DNA of 64,000 bases from an uncultured Candidatus Thioglobus sp. (GTDB lineage Bacteria; Pseudomonadota; Gammaproteobacteria; PS1; Pseudothioglobaceae), in NCBI GenBank assembly GCA_000205985.2, contig GG730003.1:39-64038 (forward strand), in the 5' to 3' direction. Below the pieces are notes generated by a model that worked only from the letters and a program-made list of their open reading frames with translations, was not told where the DNA came from and searched no databases. Position 1 is the first letter of the stretch, and every line of letters begins with the position of its first letter. Shown here piece by piece: positions 21,902 to 31,483 of the stretch. The position numbers were made by a program, and so were the translations under genes.

Positions 21902-22428
21902 CTCTGGATCTGCTTAGACACGGCGAGCCAAAAGGCGGGCGCTTGTATCGAGGCAACCAAGACGATCCATTAACTCAAAAAGGCTGGAATCAAATGCTCG
22001 ATTCTACCCAAGGCAACCAATGGAATTTTATTGCAAGCTCTCCCCTTGTGCGTTGTTCTGATTTTGCCAAACACTTGTCCAATACTAACAACGTTCCTTA
22101 TAAAGTATTTAAAGATTTAGAAGAGCTTGGGTTCGGTGATTGGCAAGGTAGAAGTGCAAAAAACATTGGTCAAAAAATTGTAAATCAATTTAAAGTTGAT
22201 CCGATTAACAATCGCCCACCCAATGCTGAAAAATTGCATGATTTTCAGCAACGCGTCCTAACCACTTTTAACGAAATTGTGAATGCAAAAAATGACTATC
22301 AATCCGTTTTAATCATCGCCCATGCCGGAGTGATTAGAGTAATAAAATCTCATTTACTCAATCTTCCCATCGAAAAAATGTTTACAATAGAAGTTATGTC
22401 TGGCTCTTGTGAACGTTTTGAACTTTAG
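21898..22428 (+). CDS. Histidine phosphatase family protein (phosphoglycerate-mutase-like/CobC-like)
   Basis: LLRHGEP catalytic RHG motif at the N-terminus and a downstream AHAGVIR motif. Confidence 0.75.
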   Translation: MTLDLLRHGEPKGGRLYRGNQDDPLTQKGWNQMLDSTQGNQWNFIASSPLVRCSDFAKHLSNTNNVPYKVFKDLEELGFGDWQGRSAKNIGQKIVNQFKVDPINNRPPNAEKLHDFQQRVLTTFNEIVNAKNDYQSVLIIAHAGVIRVIKSHLLNLPIEKMFTIEVMSGSCERFEL

Positions 22429-23146
22429 AATAACACTTATTTTTCTTAGTATTTTAGCCACCCCTTCAGTGCAGGCCAATGAATTCTGGGGCTTAGAAGA
22501 GTGGATGAATTCATTACAAACGCCTAATTTTGAAAAAATAAAAGACATTAAGGAGAGAAAGAAAGCTTTTTTTGATTACCTATTGCCAGAGATTAATCGC
22601 AAAAATTCAAACATCGTTGAATTGAGAAGCGACATTAAAAATAATAGGATTAGTGAAAATGACCTGAAATCACTCTTTAAGTATTACCGACTCGAAAAAG
22701 ATGCCGATAAAGAAGATTTATTAAGCGCCATTGATATTGTTCCAGCCTCATTAATACTGGCACAAGCTGCTTATGAATCCAGCTGGGGAAGATCAAGGTT
22801 TGCTAAACACTATCATAATTTTTTTGGACTTTGGTGCTTTAAGAAAGGGTGTGGCGTTGTACCCCTTAAACGCGATAAAAATGCCACACATGAAATAAAA
22901 AAATTTTCCAATCTATCTAAAGGCATTGAGTACTACTTGCTTTCAATCAATCGAAATTCTGCTTATGACGTGCTTCGACAAATCAGAAGAAACAAACGAG
23001 AAAATGAGCAGCCTATTACCGGTATAGGGCTATCAGAAGGGCTAGAAAATTATGCTGAAATTGGCTATGATTACGTTGAAACCGTGCAAGACATCATTCG
23101 TTACAACAAACTAGGAAGGTACGATTACCCGACATCACATCTATAA
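22409..23146 (+). CDS. Secreted glucosaminidase-domain protein (Bax/FlgJ-C-terminal-like muramidase)
   Basis: Signal peptide (..PSVQA), then AQAAYESSWGRSRFA..HNFFG, a mannosyl-glycoprotein endo-beta-N-acetylglucosaminidase motif. Confidence 0.75.
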   Translation: MNVLNFRITLIFLSILATPSVQANEFWGLEEWMNSLQTPNFEKIKDIKERKKAFFDYLLPEINRKNSNIVELRSDIKNNRISENDLKSLFKYYRLEKDADKEDLLSAIDIVPASLILAQAAYESSWGRSRFAKHYHNFFGLWCFKKGCGVVPLKRDKNATHEIKKFSNLSKGIEYYLLSINRNSAYDVLRQIRRNKRENEQPITGIGLSEGLENYAEIGYDYVETVQDIIRYNKLGRYDYPTSHL

Positions 23147-23149
23147 AAT

Positions 23150-23177
23150 AAAAAACCCGCAAATTGCGGGTTTTTTT
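23150..23177. terminator. Bidirectional rho-independent terminator
   Basis: A-run, ACCCGCA-aat-TGCGGGT, then T7. Lies between convergent genes. Confidence 0.75.
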
Positions 23178-23197
23178 GAAATTGGTTAAGAAGCGTC

Positions 23198-23593
23198 TTA
23201 ACGTTTTGAGTACTGTTCGCTCTTACGTGCTTTCTTATGACCAACTTTCTTACGTTCTACAATTCTAGCATCACGAGTCACAAAACCTGCTTTACGAAGA
23301 TCAGGCCTTAAGTCGTTATCATATTCCATCAATGCACGTGTAACGCCTAAACGAATTGCACCCGCTTGACCTGTGTCACCGCCACCACTCACCATGATGT
23401 TGAAATCAAACTTATCTCTCATTTCAACCGTGTCTAACGGTTGGTTGATAATCATTGAAGATGTCTCACGACCGAAGTATTCGTTCATTGGACGTTTATT
23501 CACGGTGAAAACGCCTTTGCCTTTCGTCATGTACACACGAGCTACTGACGTTTTTCTTCTGCCTGTTGCGTAAAATGTTTCTGTCTTTGCCAT
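23198..23593 (-). CDS. rpsI: 30S ribosomal protein S9
   Basis: Canonical S9 ([13 protein letters not shown] ... [12 protein letters not shown]). Confidence 0.97.
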   Translation of the reverse strand: MAKTETFYATGRRKTSVARVYMTKGKGVFTVNKRPMNEYFGRETSSMIINQPLDTVEMRDKFDFNIMVSGGGDTGQAGAIRLGVTRALMEYDNDLRPDLRKAGFVTRDARIVERKKVGHKKARKSEQYSKR

Positions 23594-23619
23594 AATAATC
23601 TTGCCTTAAATATCTAAAA

Positions 23620-24048
23620 TCAAATTTCTAAAAGCTGAGGCTGTTGCGCACCATGCGTGTGCTCTGAACCTGCAAATACTTTCATTTTTCTAAACATGTC
23701 TCTGCCTAATGGACCCTTTGGTAACATGCCTTTTACCGCTTTATTAATAATCTCTTCAGGCTTCTTAGCTTGTAAGTCTTTAAACGCAATTGACTTTAAA
23801 TTACCAACATAACCCGTGTGGTGGTGGTACATTTTGTCATCAAATTTATTGCCCGTTACCTTAACCTTTTCAGCGTTAACAATAACAATATAATCACCTG
23901 TATCAGTGTGTGGCGTAAACTCCGCCTTATGCTTGCCACGAAGACGAGAAGCAACTTGTGTTGCTAAACGACCCAGTGTTTTGCCATCGGCATCCACTAA
24001 GAACCAGTCTCTTTTTACTTCATGTGCTTTAGCGCTAAATGTTTTCAT
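23620..24048 (-). CDS. rplM: 50S ribosomal protein L13
   Basis: Canonical L13 ([17 protein letters not shown]). Confidence 0.97.
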   Translation of the reverse strand: MKTFSAKAHEVKRDWFLVDADGKTLGRLATQVASRLRGKHKAEFTPHTDTGDYIVIVNAEKVKVTGNKFDDKMYHHHTGYVGNLKSIAFKDLQAKKPEEIINKAVKGMLPKGPLGRDMFRKMKVFAGSEHTHGAQQPQLLEI

Positions 24049-24193
24049 AAGTATCTATCAAATCTACGTGCAGAATAATCGGACTATTATAATCACTTTT
24101 TGTTTTAATTGGAAGCTTATCACGGACTTTTGACTTAAAAACTTAATCTTAAACATAATCAATCAATGATGGTTATCATATCACTTAACCAAT

Positions 24194-24868
24194 ATGATTA
24201 ATTCACACGCACATCTGGATTTTGACAACATGAATACCATTGCACAAAATGCAGTGGTAGTCGTACCTAGCATTGGGAAACAAAATTGGCAAGATGTGCA
24301 GATGTACCCTTATTTTTCATTCGGCATTCACCCTTGGTTCATTGAACACCATTCTCAACAAGATTTAAATCGTTTAGAATACCTGATCAAATGCAACAAC
24401 CCAATTGCCGTAGGTGAGTGTGGGCTTGACTACACCAAAGACATTGATAAAAAAACTCAATTGCATTTTTTTACATTTCAATTGTCAATGGCAGAAAAAT
24501 ACGACTTGCCTGTGGTGATTCATGCAGTCAAGTCCACTGAAGATGTTATTTTCCTTTTAAAAAAATACCCTAAAGTTAAAGGTGAAATTCACGGATTTTC
24601 CGGCAGTGAAGAACAAGCTCAACTATTAACAAGAATGGGATTTTATTTAGGGTTTGGCATGCAAATTACCAATCAAAAATCAACTCGAATCCGACAAATT
24701 GCTAAAAACTGTCCACTCGAATTTATTCTAATTGAAACTGATGACCACACCAACCCAGATGATTTATCTTTAGTGGCACAAACAATTGCTGACCTTAAAC
24801 AAACATCAGTAGAAAATGTCATAACACAGTGTGATAATAACGCAATTAAACTATTTAACCTAGAATAG
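24194..24868 (+). CDS. TatD-family metal-dependent hydrolase
   Basis: SHAHLDF, GECGLDY, VIHAV and ETD motifs of TatD/YjjV-type deoxyribonucleases. Short form (224 aa). Confidence 0.75.
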   Translation: MINSHAHLDFDNMNTIAQNAVVVVPSIGKQNWQDVQMYPYFSFGIHPWFIEHHSQQDLNRLEYLIKCNNPIAVGECGLDYTKDIDKKTQLHFFTFQLSMAEKYDLPVVIHAVKSTEDVIFLLKKYPKVKGEIHGFSGSEEQAQLLTRMGFYLGFGMQITNQKSTRIRQIAKNCPLEFILIETDDHTNPDDLSLVAQTIADLKQTSVENVITQCDNNAIKLFNLE

Positions 24869-24899
24869 CACCATAGAAAAAGAAAAGACGAATAAAAAA

Positions 24900-25637
24900 A
24901 TGACTGGAAGTTGTGCACGTACTGAAATCTTATTAGGCCAACAAGGTTTAGCGCGGTTAGCCGAATCCCATGTATTAATCGCTGGCCTAGGTGGCGTGGG
25001 TGGCGCTTGTGCTGAGGCATTGTGCAGAGCTGGCGTTGGCACCCTTACTTTAGTAGATTTTGACAAGGTGGAAAAGACTGATCTGAATCGACAACTGGTC
25101 GCACTCAACTCTACACTGGATTTGCCAAAAGTCGATGTCTTGACCGACAGATTGCACGATATCAACCCCGATATCGTTATCATCAAACGCAATGAATTTA
25201 TCGACCAAGGTAAAGCACAAGAAATTTCGATTGATAAAGAGCTAGATTTTGTTGCCGATTGCATTGATGCGATTACCTGCAAAACCGCACTCATTGATAA
25301 TTGTAATAAATCTGGTAAACCCATAATCTCCAGTATGGGTGCTGGCGGAAGACTTGACCCAACTAAAATCACAATCTCTCGCATGGACAAAACTGAAAAT
25401 TGCGCCTTAGCACGCGAGATTCGAAAGCAACTTAGGCGTATTAAAGCATCACTCAAATTTCCCGTGGTGCACTCTACCGAGTTACAAATTAAAGCACTGC
25501 CTCACCAAGAAATCACGGCCATTGATACTGCACCTACAGGCAGACCCAGAGCCGTGAATGGTACGATTTCTTATATGCCCAATATTTTTGGACTGATGAT
25601 GGCCGGACACATTATCCAAACTCTATTAAAATCTTAA
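24900..25637 (+). CDS. tcdA: tRNA threonylcarbamoyladenosine dehydratase (ThiF/E1-like, TcdA/CsdL)
   Basis: E1-like Rossmann motif (IAGLGGVGG..AEAL.R.GVG.LTLVDFD.V..TDLNRQ). Size and C-terminus match the YgdL/TcdA group. Confidence 0.75.
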   Translation: MTGSCARTEILLGQQGLARLAESHVLIAGLGGVGGACAEALCRAGVGTLTLVDFDKVEKTDLNRQLVALNSTLDLPKVDVLTDRLHDINPDIVIIKRNEFIDQGKAQEISIDKELDFVADCIDAITCKTALIDNCNKSGKPIISSMGAGGRLDPTKITISRMDKTENCALAREIRKQLRRIKASLKFPVVHSTELQIKALPHQEITAIDTAPTGRPRAVNGTISYMPNIFGLMMAGHIIQTLLKS

Positions 25638-25664
25638 CCTTAATTAAACCCAGGAAAAAACATC

Positions 25665-26219
25665 ATGGTTAGTATCGAAACACCTGTTTGTGACTTTAAT
25701 ATCCCAGCCATCAATTTCAATCTAAAAGGTGTTGATGGAAAAATGCACACACTCGAAAATTGTAAAGGCAAAAATGGCTTGCTTGTCATGTTTATCTGTA
25801 ACCATTGCCCATACGTCAAAGCCATCATCGATCGCATCATTCGTGATGCTAGTGAATTAAAAACAATGGGTTTAAATACCGTGGCAATTATGTCGAACAA
25901 TCCAGAAGAATACGAAGCCGATTCATTCGAGAATATGCAAAAAATCTACCAAGAAATGGAATTTCCATTTCCTTACTTAATTGATGAAACACAAGAAGTA
26001 GCAAAGGCTTATGGCGCTGTTTGTACGCCAGATTTTTTTGGCTATAACGCCAATTTAGGGTTGCAATATCGTGGCCGACTTGATGCCTCTCGCAAAGAAA
26101 GCGCTGCAGCTAATGTGAAGAGAGATTTATTCGATGCCATGAGTCAAGTTGCTAACACTGGGCAAGGGCCAAAAGAACAAATTCCATCAATGGGCTGTTC
26201 AATCAAATGGTTCGATTAG
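25665..26219 (+). CDS. Thioredoxin-fold (AhpC/TSA-like) protein
   Basis: 184 aa with the CNHCPYV redox motif characteristic of this conserved thioredoxin-family group. Confidence 0.7.
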   Translation: MVSIETPVCDFNIPAINFNLKGVDGKMHTLENCKGKNGLLVMFICNHCPYVKAIIDRIIRDASELKTMGLNTVAIMSNNPEEYEADSFENMQKIYQEMEFPFPYLIDETQEVAKAYGAVCTPDFFGYNANLGLQYRGRLDASRKESAAANVKRDLFDAMSQVANTGQGPKEQIPSMGCSIKWFD

Positions 26220-26536
26220 AAGGTTAGCACTTTATCAGACTGTTCGATAATACTGTGTAAATCATCCAAAGTTGACATTGGGCATATATCCGATGAACCA
26301 GATTTTCTAATTTTTAAGCACGTACCACAAGCAAACACTTCGCCACCGGCATCAACAAAAGATTGCATCTGTTCCGGCACATTGAATTTATCATCAACCA
26401 ACATTTCACTTTCAACGCCTTTTGCTAATAAAAATGCTTTAACTGTATCGCCCTTACCTAAAGAAAACACACCGAGTCTAAATGCATTAAATACTGTTTC
26501 AGGGTCATTCGAATAAACCACTATTCCAAGCCTCAT
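26216..26536 (-). CDS. DsrE/DsrF-like family protein
   Basis: 106 aa with an N-terminal MRLGIVVYS beta-strand and a C-terminal ACGTC motif typical of the DsrE-like fold. Confidence 0.6.
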   Translation of the reverse strand: MRLGIVVYSNDPETVFNAFRLGVFSLGKGDTVKAFLLAKGVESEMLVDDKFNVPEQMQSFVDAGGEVFACGTCLKIRKSGSSDICPMSTLDDLHSIIEQSDKVLTF

Positions 26537-26650
26537 AACAACCTCCGTAAATATCCGCCTAAGATTAATTGTACTCTTAATAAATATAATAAAAAACTAA
26601 TATAGGTTAATTAGCGTATAATTGCGATCTTTGTCTGCGACTAAAAGACC

Positions 26651-28495
26651 ATGTCTGAAAATAAAACTGATAACAAGCCTCAAGCTAAATTTAGCGATTT
26701 TGGCTTATCTGATTCAATTCTAAAAGTATTGGATTCTATCGGTTATGAAACGCCATCACCCATTCAAGAACAATGTATCACTCATCTACTAAACGGCGAA
26801 GATATTATTGGTCAAGCACAAACAGGTACTGGTAAGACGGCGGCATTTGCCTTGCCTTTATTAGACAATATCGATCTTAGTCTGAACGCGCCTCAATTAT
26901 TGATTTTAGCGCCAACTCGTGAACTGGCCATTCAAGTATCAGAAGCCGTGCAAGTTTATGCACGTGGTTTAAAAGGCTTTCACGTATTACCAATTTATGG
27001 TGGACAGTCATACGACATCCAGTTGCGTCCGTTAAAACGCGGTGTGCATTGTGTTGTTGGTACGCCAGGCCGAGTGATGGACCATATTAAAAAAGGCACT
27101 TTAAAGCTAGATCAGCTCAAATCATTCGTCTTAGATGAGGCAGATGAAATGTTGAAAATGGGCTTTATTGACGATATCAAATGGGTCATGGAACGCATTC
27201 CTGAACAACGTCAAATCGCGTTATTCTCTGCTACTATGCCAAATATAATCAAGCGTGTTGCTGAGAAGTTTTTAAACAATCCTAAAATTGTTAAAGTTAA
27301 AACTAAAACTGAAACAGCACCTACAATCGGCCAAAAATATTGCCTTGTTGGTGGTCTGAGCCAAAAATTAGATGCACTTACTAGAATCCTAGAAGTAACA
27401 GAATTTGATGCAATGATTATTTTTGCTAGAACCAAAACACTGACCATCGAACTGTCTGAAAAACTTTCTGCTAGAGGGTTCTCAGCAGAAGCCATTAATG
27501 GCGATATTCAGCAAAGCCAACGTGAAAAAATTATTAATAAATTTAAAAAAGGTGGTATTGATATTTTAGTTGCCACTGATGTTGCTGCTCGTGGACTAGA
27601 TGTGCCGCGTATTTCTCATGTAGTGAACTACGACATTCCTCAAGATGCAGAAACCTACGTACACCGTATTGGCCGCACCGGTCGTGCTGGACGTGAAGGT
27701 GAGGCGATTTTATTTGTGTCACATCGTGAAAGGCGCATGCTTAACAATATTGAACGTGTAACACGTCAAAAAATTGAACCACTTGAATTACCGACTGCAA
27801 AAATTATCAATGAAAAACGCATCGACACATTCAAAAAGAGAATAACTGAAACCATCAACAATCAAGATTTAAGTGTTTTCGAAAAGCTCGTGACTGAATT
27901 TCAAGAAGCCAACGAAGAAATCGCTCATCTTAAAGTAGCTGCGGCCTTAGCGCATATTGCCCAAGGTAACGAACCTTTATTATTGTCTGAAAAAGAACCT
28001 AGTTTTGGTAGAGACCAAAAGCCAGGTGAAGAAAAAGTTGTGCCAGTAGAGGCTAATTCTCTTAAAGATCACCCAAAAATACCAATGCGTCGTTATAAGC
28101 TTGAAGTGGGTAACAACAACAACATCAAGCCTGGAAATATCCTTGGCGCTATTGCCAATGAAGCAGATATGGATAGTGAGTATATTGGCTCTATTCAGAT
28201 CTTTGATAACTTCTCAACAGTGGATCTACCTGATGAAATGCCGGAGGAAGTTCTTAAGGTTCTACAAAAAACGGTGGTTAATGGCAAGCGCTTAAACATC
28301 GTTGAACTCACTGAGAAGAACAACAAAGCGACTGTTGGTGGTAGCAAACCAGGAAAGCGCAACTTTGGTCGTGGCAAATTTTCTAAAGGTGGCAGAAATG
28401 ATAGACGTGGTGGCAGAGACTCTCGTGGTGGTGATAAAAGAGGTGGTGACCGCAATAGAAAGCCAAAATTCTCACGTGCAAAACCTAAAAAATAA
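26651..28495 (+). CDS. deaD: Cold-shock DEAD-box RNA helicase DeaD/CsdA
   Basis: 614 aa with Q-motif, AQTGTGKT, DEAD, SAT and HRIGRTGRAG. It has a DeaD dimerisation/DbpA-like C-terminal domain and an RGG-rich basic tail. Confidence 0.9.
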   Translation: MSENKTDNKPQAKFSDFGLSDSILKVLDSIGYETPSPIQEQCITHLLNGEDIIGQAQTGTGKTAAFALPLLDNIDLSLNAPQLLILAPTRELAIQVSEAVQVYARGLKGFHVLPIYGGQSYDIQLRPLKRGVHCVVGTPGRVMDHIKKGTLKLDQLKSFVLDEADEMLKMGFIDDIKWVMERIPEQRQIALFSATMPNIIKRVAEKFLNNPKIVKVKTKTETAPTIGQKYCLVGGLSQKLDALTRILEVTEFDAMIIFARTKTLTIELSEKLSARGFSAEAINGDIQQSQREKIINKFKKGGIDILVATDVAARGLDVPRISHVVNYDIPQDAETYVHRIGRTGRAGREGEAILFVSHRERRMLNNIERVTRQKIEPLELPTAKIINEKRIDTFKKRITETINNQDLSVFEKLVTEFQEANEEIAHLKVAAALAHIAQGNEPLLLSEKEPSFGRDQKPGEEKVVPVEANSLKDHPKIPMRRYKLEVGNNNNIKPGNILGAIANEADMDSEYIGSIQIFDNFSTVDLPDEMPEEVLKVLQKTVVNGKRLNIVELTEKNNKATVGGSKPGKRNFGRGKFSKGGRNDRRGGRDSRGGDKRGGDRNRKPKFSRAKPKK

Positions 28496-28653
28496 ATAAT
28501 AACATTATTTGATTTAAAGTACGTTAAAATAGCAAACGCTGGTAAAGAATACGGCTACTATTTATATTTTGTTGTTTGAACTTCTTTCAAGTTTCTCTAA
28601 GTTATAAAAGTGGTATGTTTTTTCGGTAATTTTTTTAACTTATAGGAGACATA

Positions 28654-28857
28654 ATGTCTACAACAGGAAAAGTCAAATGGTTTGACGCAAAGAAAGGTTT
28701 TGGTTTTATTGAGCAAGAAAGTGGTGACGATGTATTCGTTCACTTCCGTGCTATCCAAGGCGACGGTTACAAATCACTAGAAGAAGGTCAAGAAGTAGTA
28801 TTTGATCTAGAAGATGGTGCTAAAGGTCCTCAAGCGGCTAACGTACATCCTCAGTAA
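28654..28857 (+). CDS. cspA: Cold-shock protein (CspA family)
   Basis: 67 aa with RNP1 KGFGFI and RNP2 VFVHF. Preceded by a ~158-nt untranslated leader. Confidence 0.95.
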   Translation: MSTTGKVKWFDAKKGFGFIEQESGDDVFVHFRAIQGDGYKSLEEGQEVVFDLEDGAKGPQAANVHPQ

Positions 28858-28917
28858 TTTTTAATTAAATTACTTAAAAAAACCCAGCTTAATCGCTGGG
28901 TTTTTTATTGCCTAAAA
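28681..28917 (+). repeat. Direct repeat, left copy (cspA 3' two-thirds plus terminator plus 20-nt core GGGTTTTTTATTGCCTAAAA)
   Basis: Aligns with 32205-32435 at high identity, with scattered substitutions and small indels. Confidence 0.9.
28876..28906 (+). terminator. cspA rho-independent terminator
   Basis: CCCAGC-ttaatc-GCTGGG followed by T6. Confidence 0.8.
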
Positions 28918-28920
28918 CTC

Positions 28921-29766
28921 TTATTTAGACTTAAACTGAATCCTATCCACCAATATCAAAAAATATTCCTTTGACCATATTTCTAGTACTTTTTCATCTG
29001 CAATAAATCGTCTTATATCAAGCTTAGCATTTTCAATATCCAAAACCTCTATTTTGTTTCTTAAAATATCAGTGAACAATTCTTGAGTAAGAAAAATATT
29101 ATTAGCAATATCTGCGCTTTGTTTAGCTCTAATGGCTAAATGTTCAAGATTTAGTTCAAAATTGTTTCTAACATAGAATTCAAAATCATACCAATCTCGA
29201 CCTTTAACTCTGGTCTTCCAATTTCTATAAAGTAATGCATGCATTTTCCCAGCATATAAGTCTGCAGAGCTGAAACACTTTAAATAAAATGAAAATGGTT
29301 GTAGTAGTAGTTGCTCTGTCGTATCAAAACCTAGTGGTGGATTTGTATCCACTTCAAACTTTATTTTTATTACTTGATCTGTTTGTTGCGCACCATCTAA
29401 TAATAATATATGTGTAGAAGTGGTATTTTTTAAAAAAGCCGACTCAATATTGGTAATATTAGTTTTAACTTTTTGAGTAATTTTAGTATCTATTCCGAGC
29501 GCTGAAAATTCATCATTAATTGCTTTAAAATAAGGCTCAAGCTTGAAATCTTGTTGCGGATGCAATAGTGAAAAATCTAAATCTTCAGAATACCTATCCA
29601 GACCATAAAAGATACGTAAAGCCGTACCACCATAAAATGCTGCGTGTTTAAAAAAACCACCTCGATACAATCCTGCCAAAGCAATCTCTTGCATTACCTC
29701 CCTTAAAGCATTATGATAATCTTCATCACTAGTTATCGTATACCTATTGAGCATTTGTTGCAGCAT
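28921..29766 (-). CDS. Nucleotidyltransferase AbiEii/AbiGii-family toxin (type IV TA / abortive infection)
   Basis: 281 aa. FYGGTALRIFYGLDRYSEDLDFS is the AbiEii NTase signature. Lies immediately downstream of an AbiEi-type gene. Confidence 0.85.
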   Translation of the reverse strand: MLQQMLNRYTITSDEDYHNALREVMQEIALAGLYRGGFFKHAAFYGGTALRIFYGLDRYSEDLDFSLLHPQQDFKLEPYFKAINDEFSALGIDTKITQKVKTNITNIESAFLKNTTSTHILLLDGAQQTDQVIKIKFEVDTNPPLGFDTTEQLLLQPFSFYLKCFSSADLYAGKMHALLYRNWKTRVKGRDWYDFEFYVRNNFELNLEHLAIRAKQSADIANNIFLTQELFTDILRNKIEVLDIENAKLDIRRFIADEKVLEIWSKEYFLILVDRIQFKSK

Positions 29767-29768
29767 GA

Positions 29769-30416
29769 TTAATTAATCCTTATTTTTTGTAAAGCCTTAT
29801 ATAAAAAATCGAGCAATTTAACTTTGTAATTACAACCCATGCACTGTTTAATTAACTCCAAATCAAACTTTACTAACCCATAAAAATCGATGCGCAAATC
29901 GTACTCAAGATATTCAATCATCGCTTTGATTGAGGTAATTTTTAAATTCTGCGTTAATAGTATTTTGTCACAGAGCGCTTTTTCTGGAGAAGCCAGCATA
30001 TAGCTAACACCATCACTATTGGTTTTTATCTTGATTGCTTTTGCATAAATACAATTCGGTGATTTTATATAACTAAATCTTCCAAGCGGCGTATGGTAAT
30101 TCTTAGCTATTTTTGTGGTTACCGAAGTGATTTCAAAAACCCTTTCAGGAATTAAATTATAATAAGATAAGGCATAATCTAAAGACACATAGGAAGGTCC
30201 GTATATAAGATTGGCCAGCAATTCTTTTGATACGCTCGCTTGATTGTAAATCTCACCAAGTACATAAAGTGAGCGCTTTATTCTTATAATTTCACCAGCC
30301 CTAACCATTTGCTGAATTTTGTCATTTGGATTTTTATATTTACTCAATATACTTTTTAAAGTAGCGTGCGTAAACGGGACTGCCTTCAAAGCTTGCAGGT
30401 CTTTTATAAATTTCAT
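29769..30416 (-). CDS. AbiEi-family antitoxin/transcriptional regulator
   Basis: 215 aa with an N-terminal winged-helix AbiEi_4-like segment (..F....L...L......KIQQMVRAGEIIRIKRSLYVL). 2-nt spacing to the AbiEii gene. Confidence 0.8.
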   Translation of the reverse strand: MKFIKDLQALKAVPFTHATLKSILSKYKNPNDKIQQMVRAGEIIRIKRSLYVLGEIYNQASVSKELLANLIYGPSYVSLDYALSYYNLIPERVFEITSVTTKIAKNYHTPLGRFSYIKSPNCIYAKAIKIKTNSDGVSYMLASPEKALCDKILLTQNLKITSIKAMIEYLEYDLRIDFYGLVKFDLELIKQCMGCNYKVKLLDFLYKALQKIRIN

Positions 30417-30433
30417 GCCAATAATAATACCAT

Positions 30434-30499
30434 AAATATTATTATATTTATATACTTAATATGATTTTTTCATATTTTCTATATAAATATAATATATTT
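30434..30499. promoter_or_regulatory. Imperfect ~20-bp inverted repeat upstream of abiEi (candidate operator/promoter)
   Basis: AAATATTATTATATTTATATA (30434-30454) versus the reverse complement of TATATAAATATAATATATTT (30480-30499). One indel. Lies 18-83 nt upstream of the start codon. AT-rich, so the chance contribution is not negligible. Confidence 0.35.
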
Positions 30500-30510
30500 A
30501 TTTAATCAAT

Positions 30511-30530
30511 GGGTTTTTTATTGTCTAAAA
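30511..30530 (+). repeat. Third, isolated copy of the 20-nt att-like core (GGGTTTTTTATTGTCTAAAA)
   Basis: Matches the ends of the two long direct repeats (28898-28917, 32417-35) apart from one T/C position and one T in the T-run. Lies exactly between the AbiE module and the VapBC modules. Confidence 0.75.
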
Positions 30531-30549
30531 TTAAAGAGCACTTGCCTCT

Positions 30550-30699
30550 TTATGTTCCAGTAGTTTTTTTATCAAAAGTACAAGTTTTTGCACAGACTAC
30601 TTGCTGATTACCTCTGATTGCACGATCCATCGTATCTAACGAGATTACAGATTTCGATAATACACTTTTAAGCAATACTGCGCTTTTTTTTCTTGTCAT
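30550..30699 (-). CDS. Small hypothetical ORF (49 aa) downstream of vapC-1
   Basis: ATG at 30699, 18 nt after the vapC-1 stop on the same strand (MTRKKSAVLLKSVLSKSVISLDTMDRAIRGNQQVVCAKTCTFDKKTTGT). No recognisable family, and below the ORF-track cutoff. Confidence 0.25.
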   Translation of the reverse strand: MTRKKSAVLLKSVLSKSVISLDTMDRAIRGNQQVVCAKTCTFDKKTTGT

Positions 30700-30717
30700 C
30701 TATCTATACTCTAAATA

Positions 30718-31146
30718 TTAAAATTCATCCTCCCATGGATTAAACAATTCAACGCCACTTTGCTGCATATCTTTAACGTTTCTAGTAACCATAATACAAT
30801 TATTCACCAAAGCAGAAATAGCGATTAAACCATCAATACTTGGTACTGGCTTTCCCAATAATTCTGTTCGCGCCTGAATCTCACCCCACTTGGTGCAAAC
30901 ATCTAAATCAATAGCCAGTATTCGCCCCTTAAAGCGCTGTTTTAAATCCTCTTCTACCCAAAGTTTAAGTTTGCTTTTTCTTGCCTCATTGGCTGCTTTT
31001 TCAATACCCTTCTCAATCTCTCCAAAGGTTAAAACACTTAGATACAAATCATTTTCTGTTTGAGATTGTAACCAACTAACAACGCTACGATTAGGCTGCG
31101 GTTTAATTAATTCAGAAATAACACAAGTATCTAACAAATATTTCAC
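30718..31146 (-). CDS. vapC: Type II toxin VapC (PIN domain), pair 1
   Basis: 142 aa. YLLDTCVISE is the PIN N-terminal acidic motif, and there is a C-terminal TRN..D motif. Overlaps the upstream antitoxin by 4 nt. Confidence 0.85.
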   Translation of the reverse strand: MKYLLDTCVISELIKPQPNRSVVSWLQSQTENDLYLSVLTFGEIEKGIEKAANEARKSKLKLWVEEDLKQRFKGRILAIDLDVCTKWGEIQARTELLGKPVPSIDGLIAISALVNNCIMVTRNVKDMQQSGVELFNPWEDEF

Positions 31147-31397
31147 AACTCTACGTCTCTTGGCAAATCTTTACTACGATCAAATTCTAACTCTAGGTCC
31201 GCCAAAGGTGAGGTTTTAAAAAATGTTACTAAATCTGTCTTTGGTTTAATCATTTTCTCATACTCGCTAAAAGCCAGAACTACAACTGCATTATTCCCAT
31301 GCTTAGTAACAAACTGAGGTTTGTTATGCATTGCATTTTCAACCAATTGGCTAAATTTAGATTTAGCATCTTGTAATTGCCAAGAATTATTTTTCAT
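31143..31397 (-). CDS. Phd/YefM-family antitoxin of VapC, pair 1
   Basis: 84 aa. W.LQDAKSKFSQLV......PQ.VTKHG...VVVL..EY is a Phd/YefM-type N-terminal domain. Confidence 0.8.
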   Translation of the reverse strand: MKNNSWQLQDAKSKFSQLVENAMHNKPQFVTKHGNNAVVVLAFSEYEKMIKPKTDLVTFFKTSPLADLELEFDRSKDLPRDVEL

Positions 31398-31418
31398 CTC
31401 ATCCGCCTTATTAAATAA

Positions 31419-31431
31419 CTAGTCTGACTAG
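31419..31431. promoter_or_regulatory. Perfect palindrome CTAGTC-T-GACTAG upstream of the pair-1 antitoxin (candidate operator)
   Basis: 6-bp arms, located 22-34 nt upstream of the start codon at 31397. Confidence 0.35.
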
Positions 31432-31483
31432 ATTATACAATATAATTTGATTAACTATTTGTAGTTTTAATTAAATTATTATT

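Noticed and set aside
24860-25456. 198-aa minus-strand ORF (and 24673-25020)
   Set aside because: It is antisense to tcdA, which has the clear ThiF/E1 Rossmann motif. The antisense translation is Ser/Ala/Pro-rich with no motifs.
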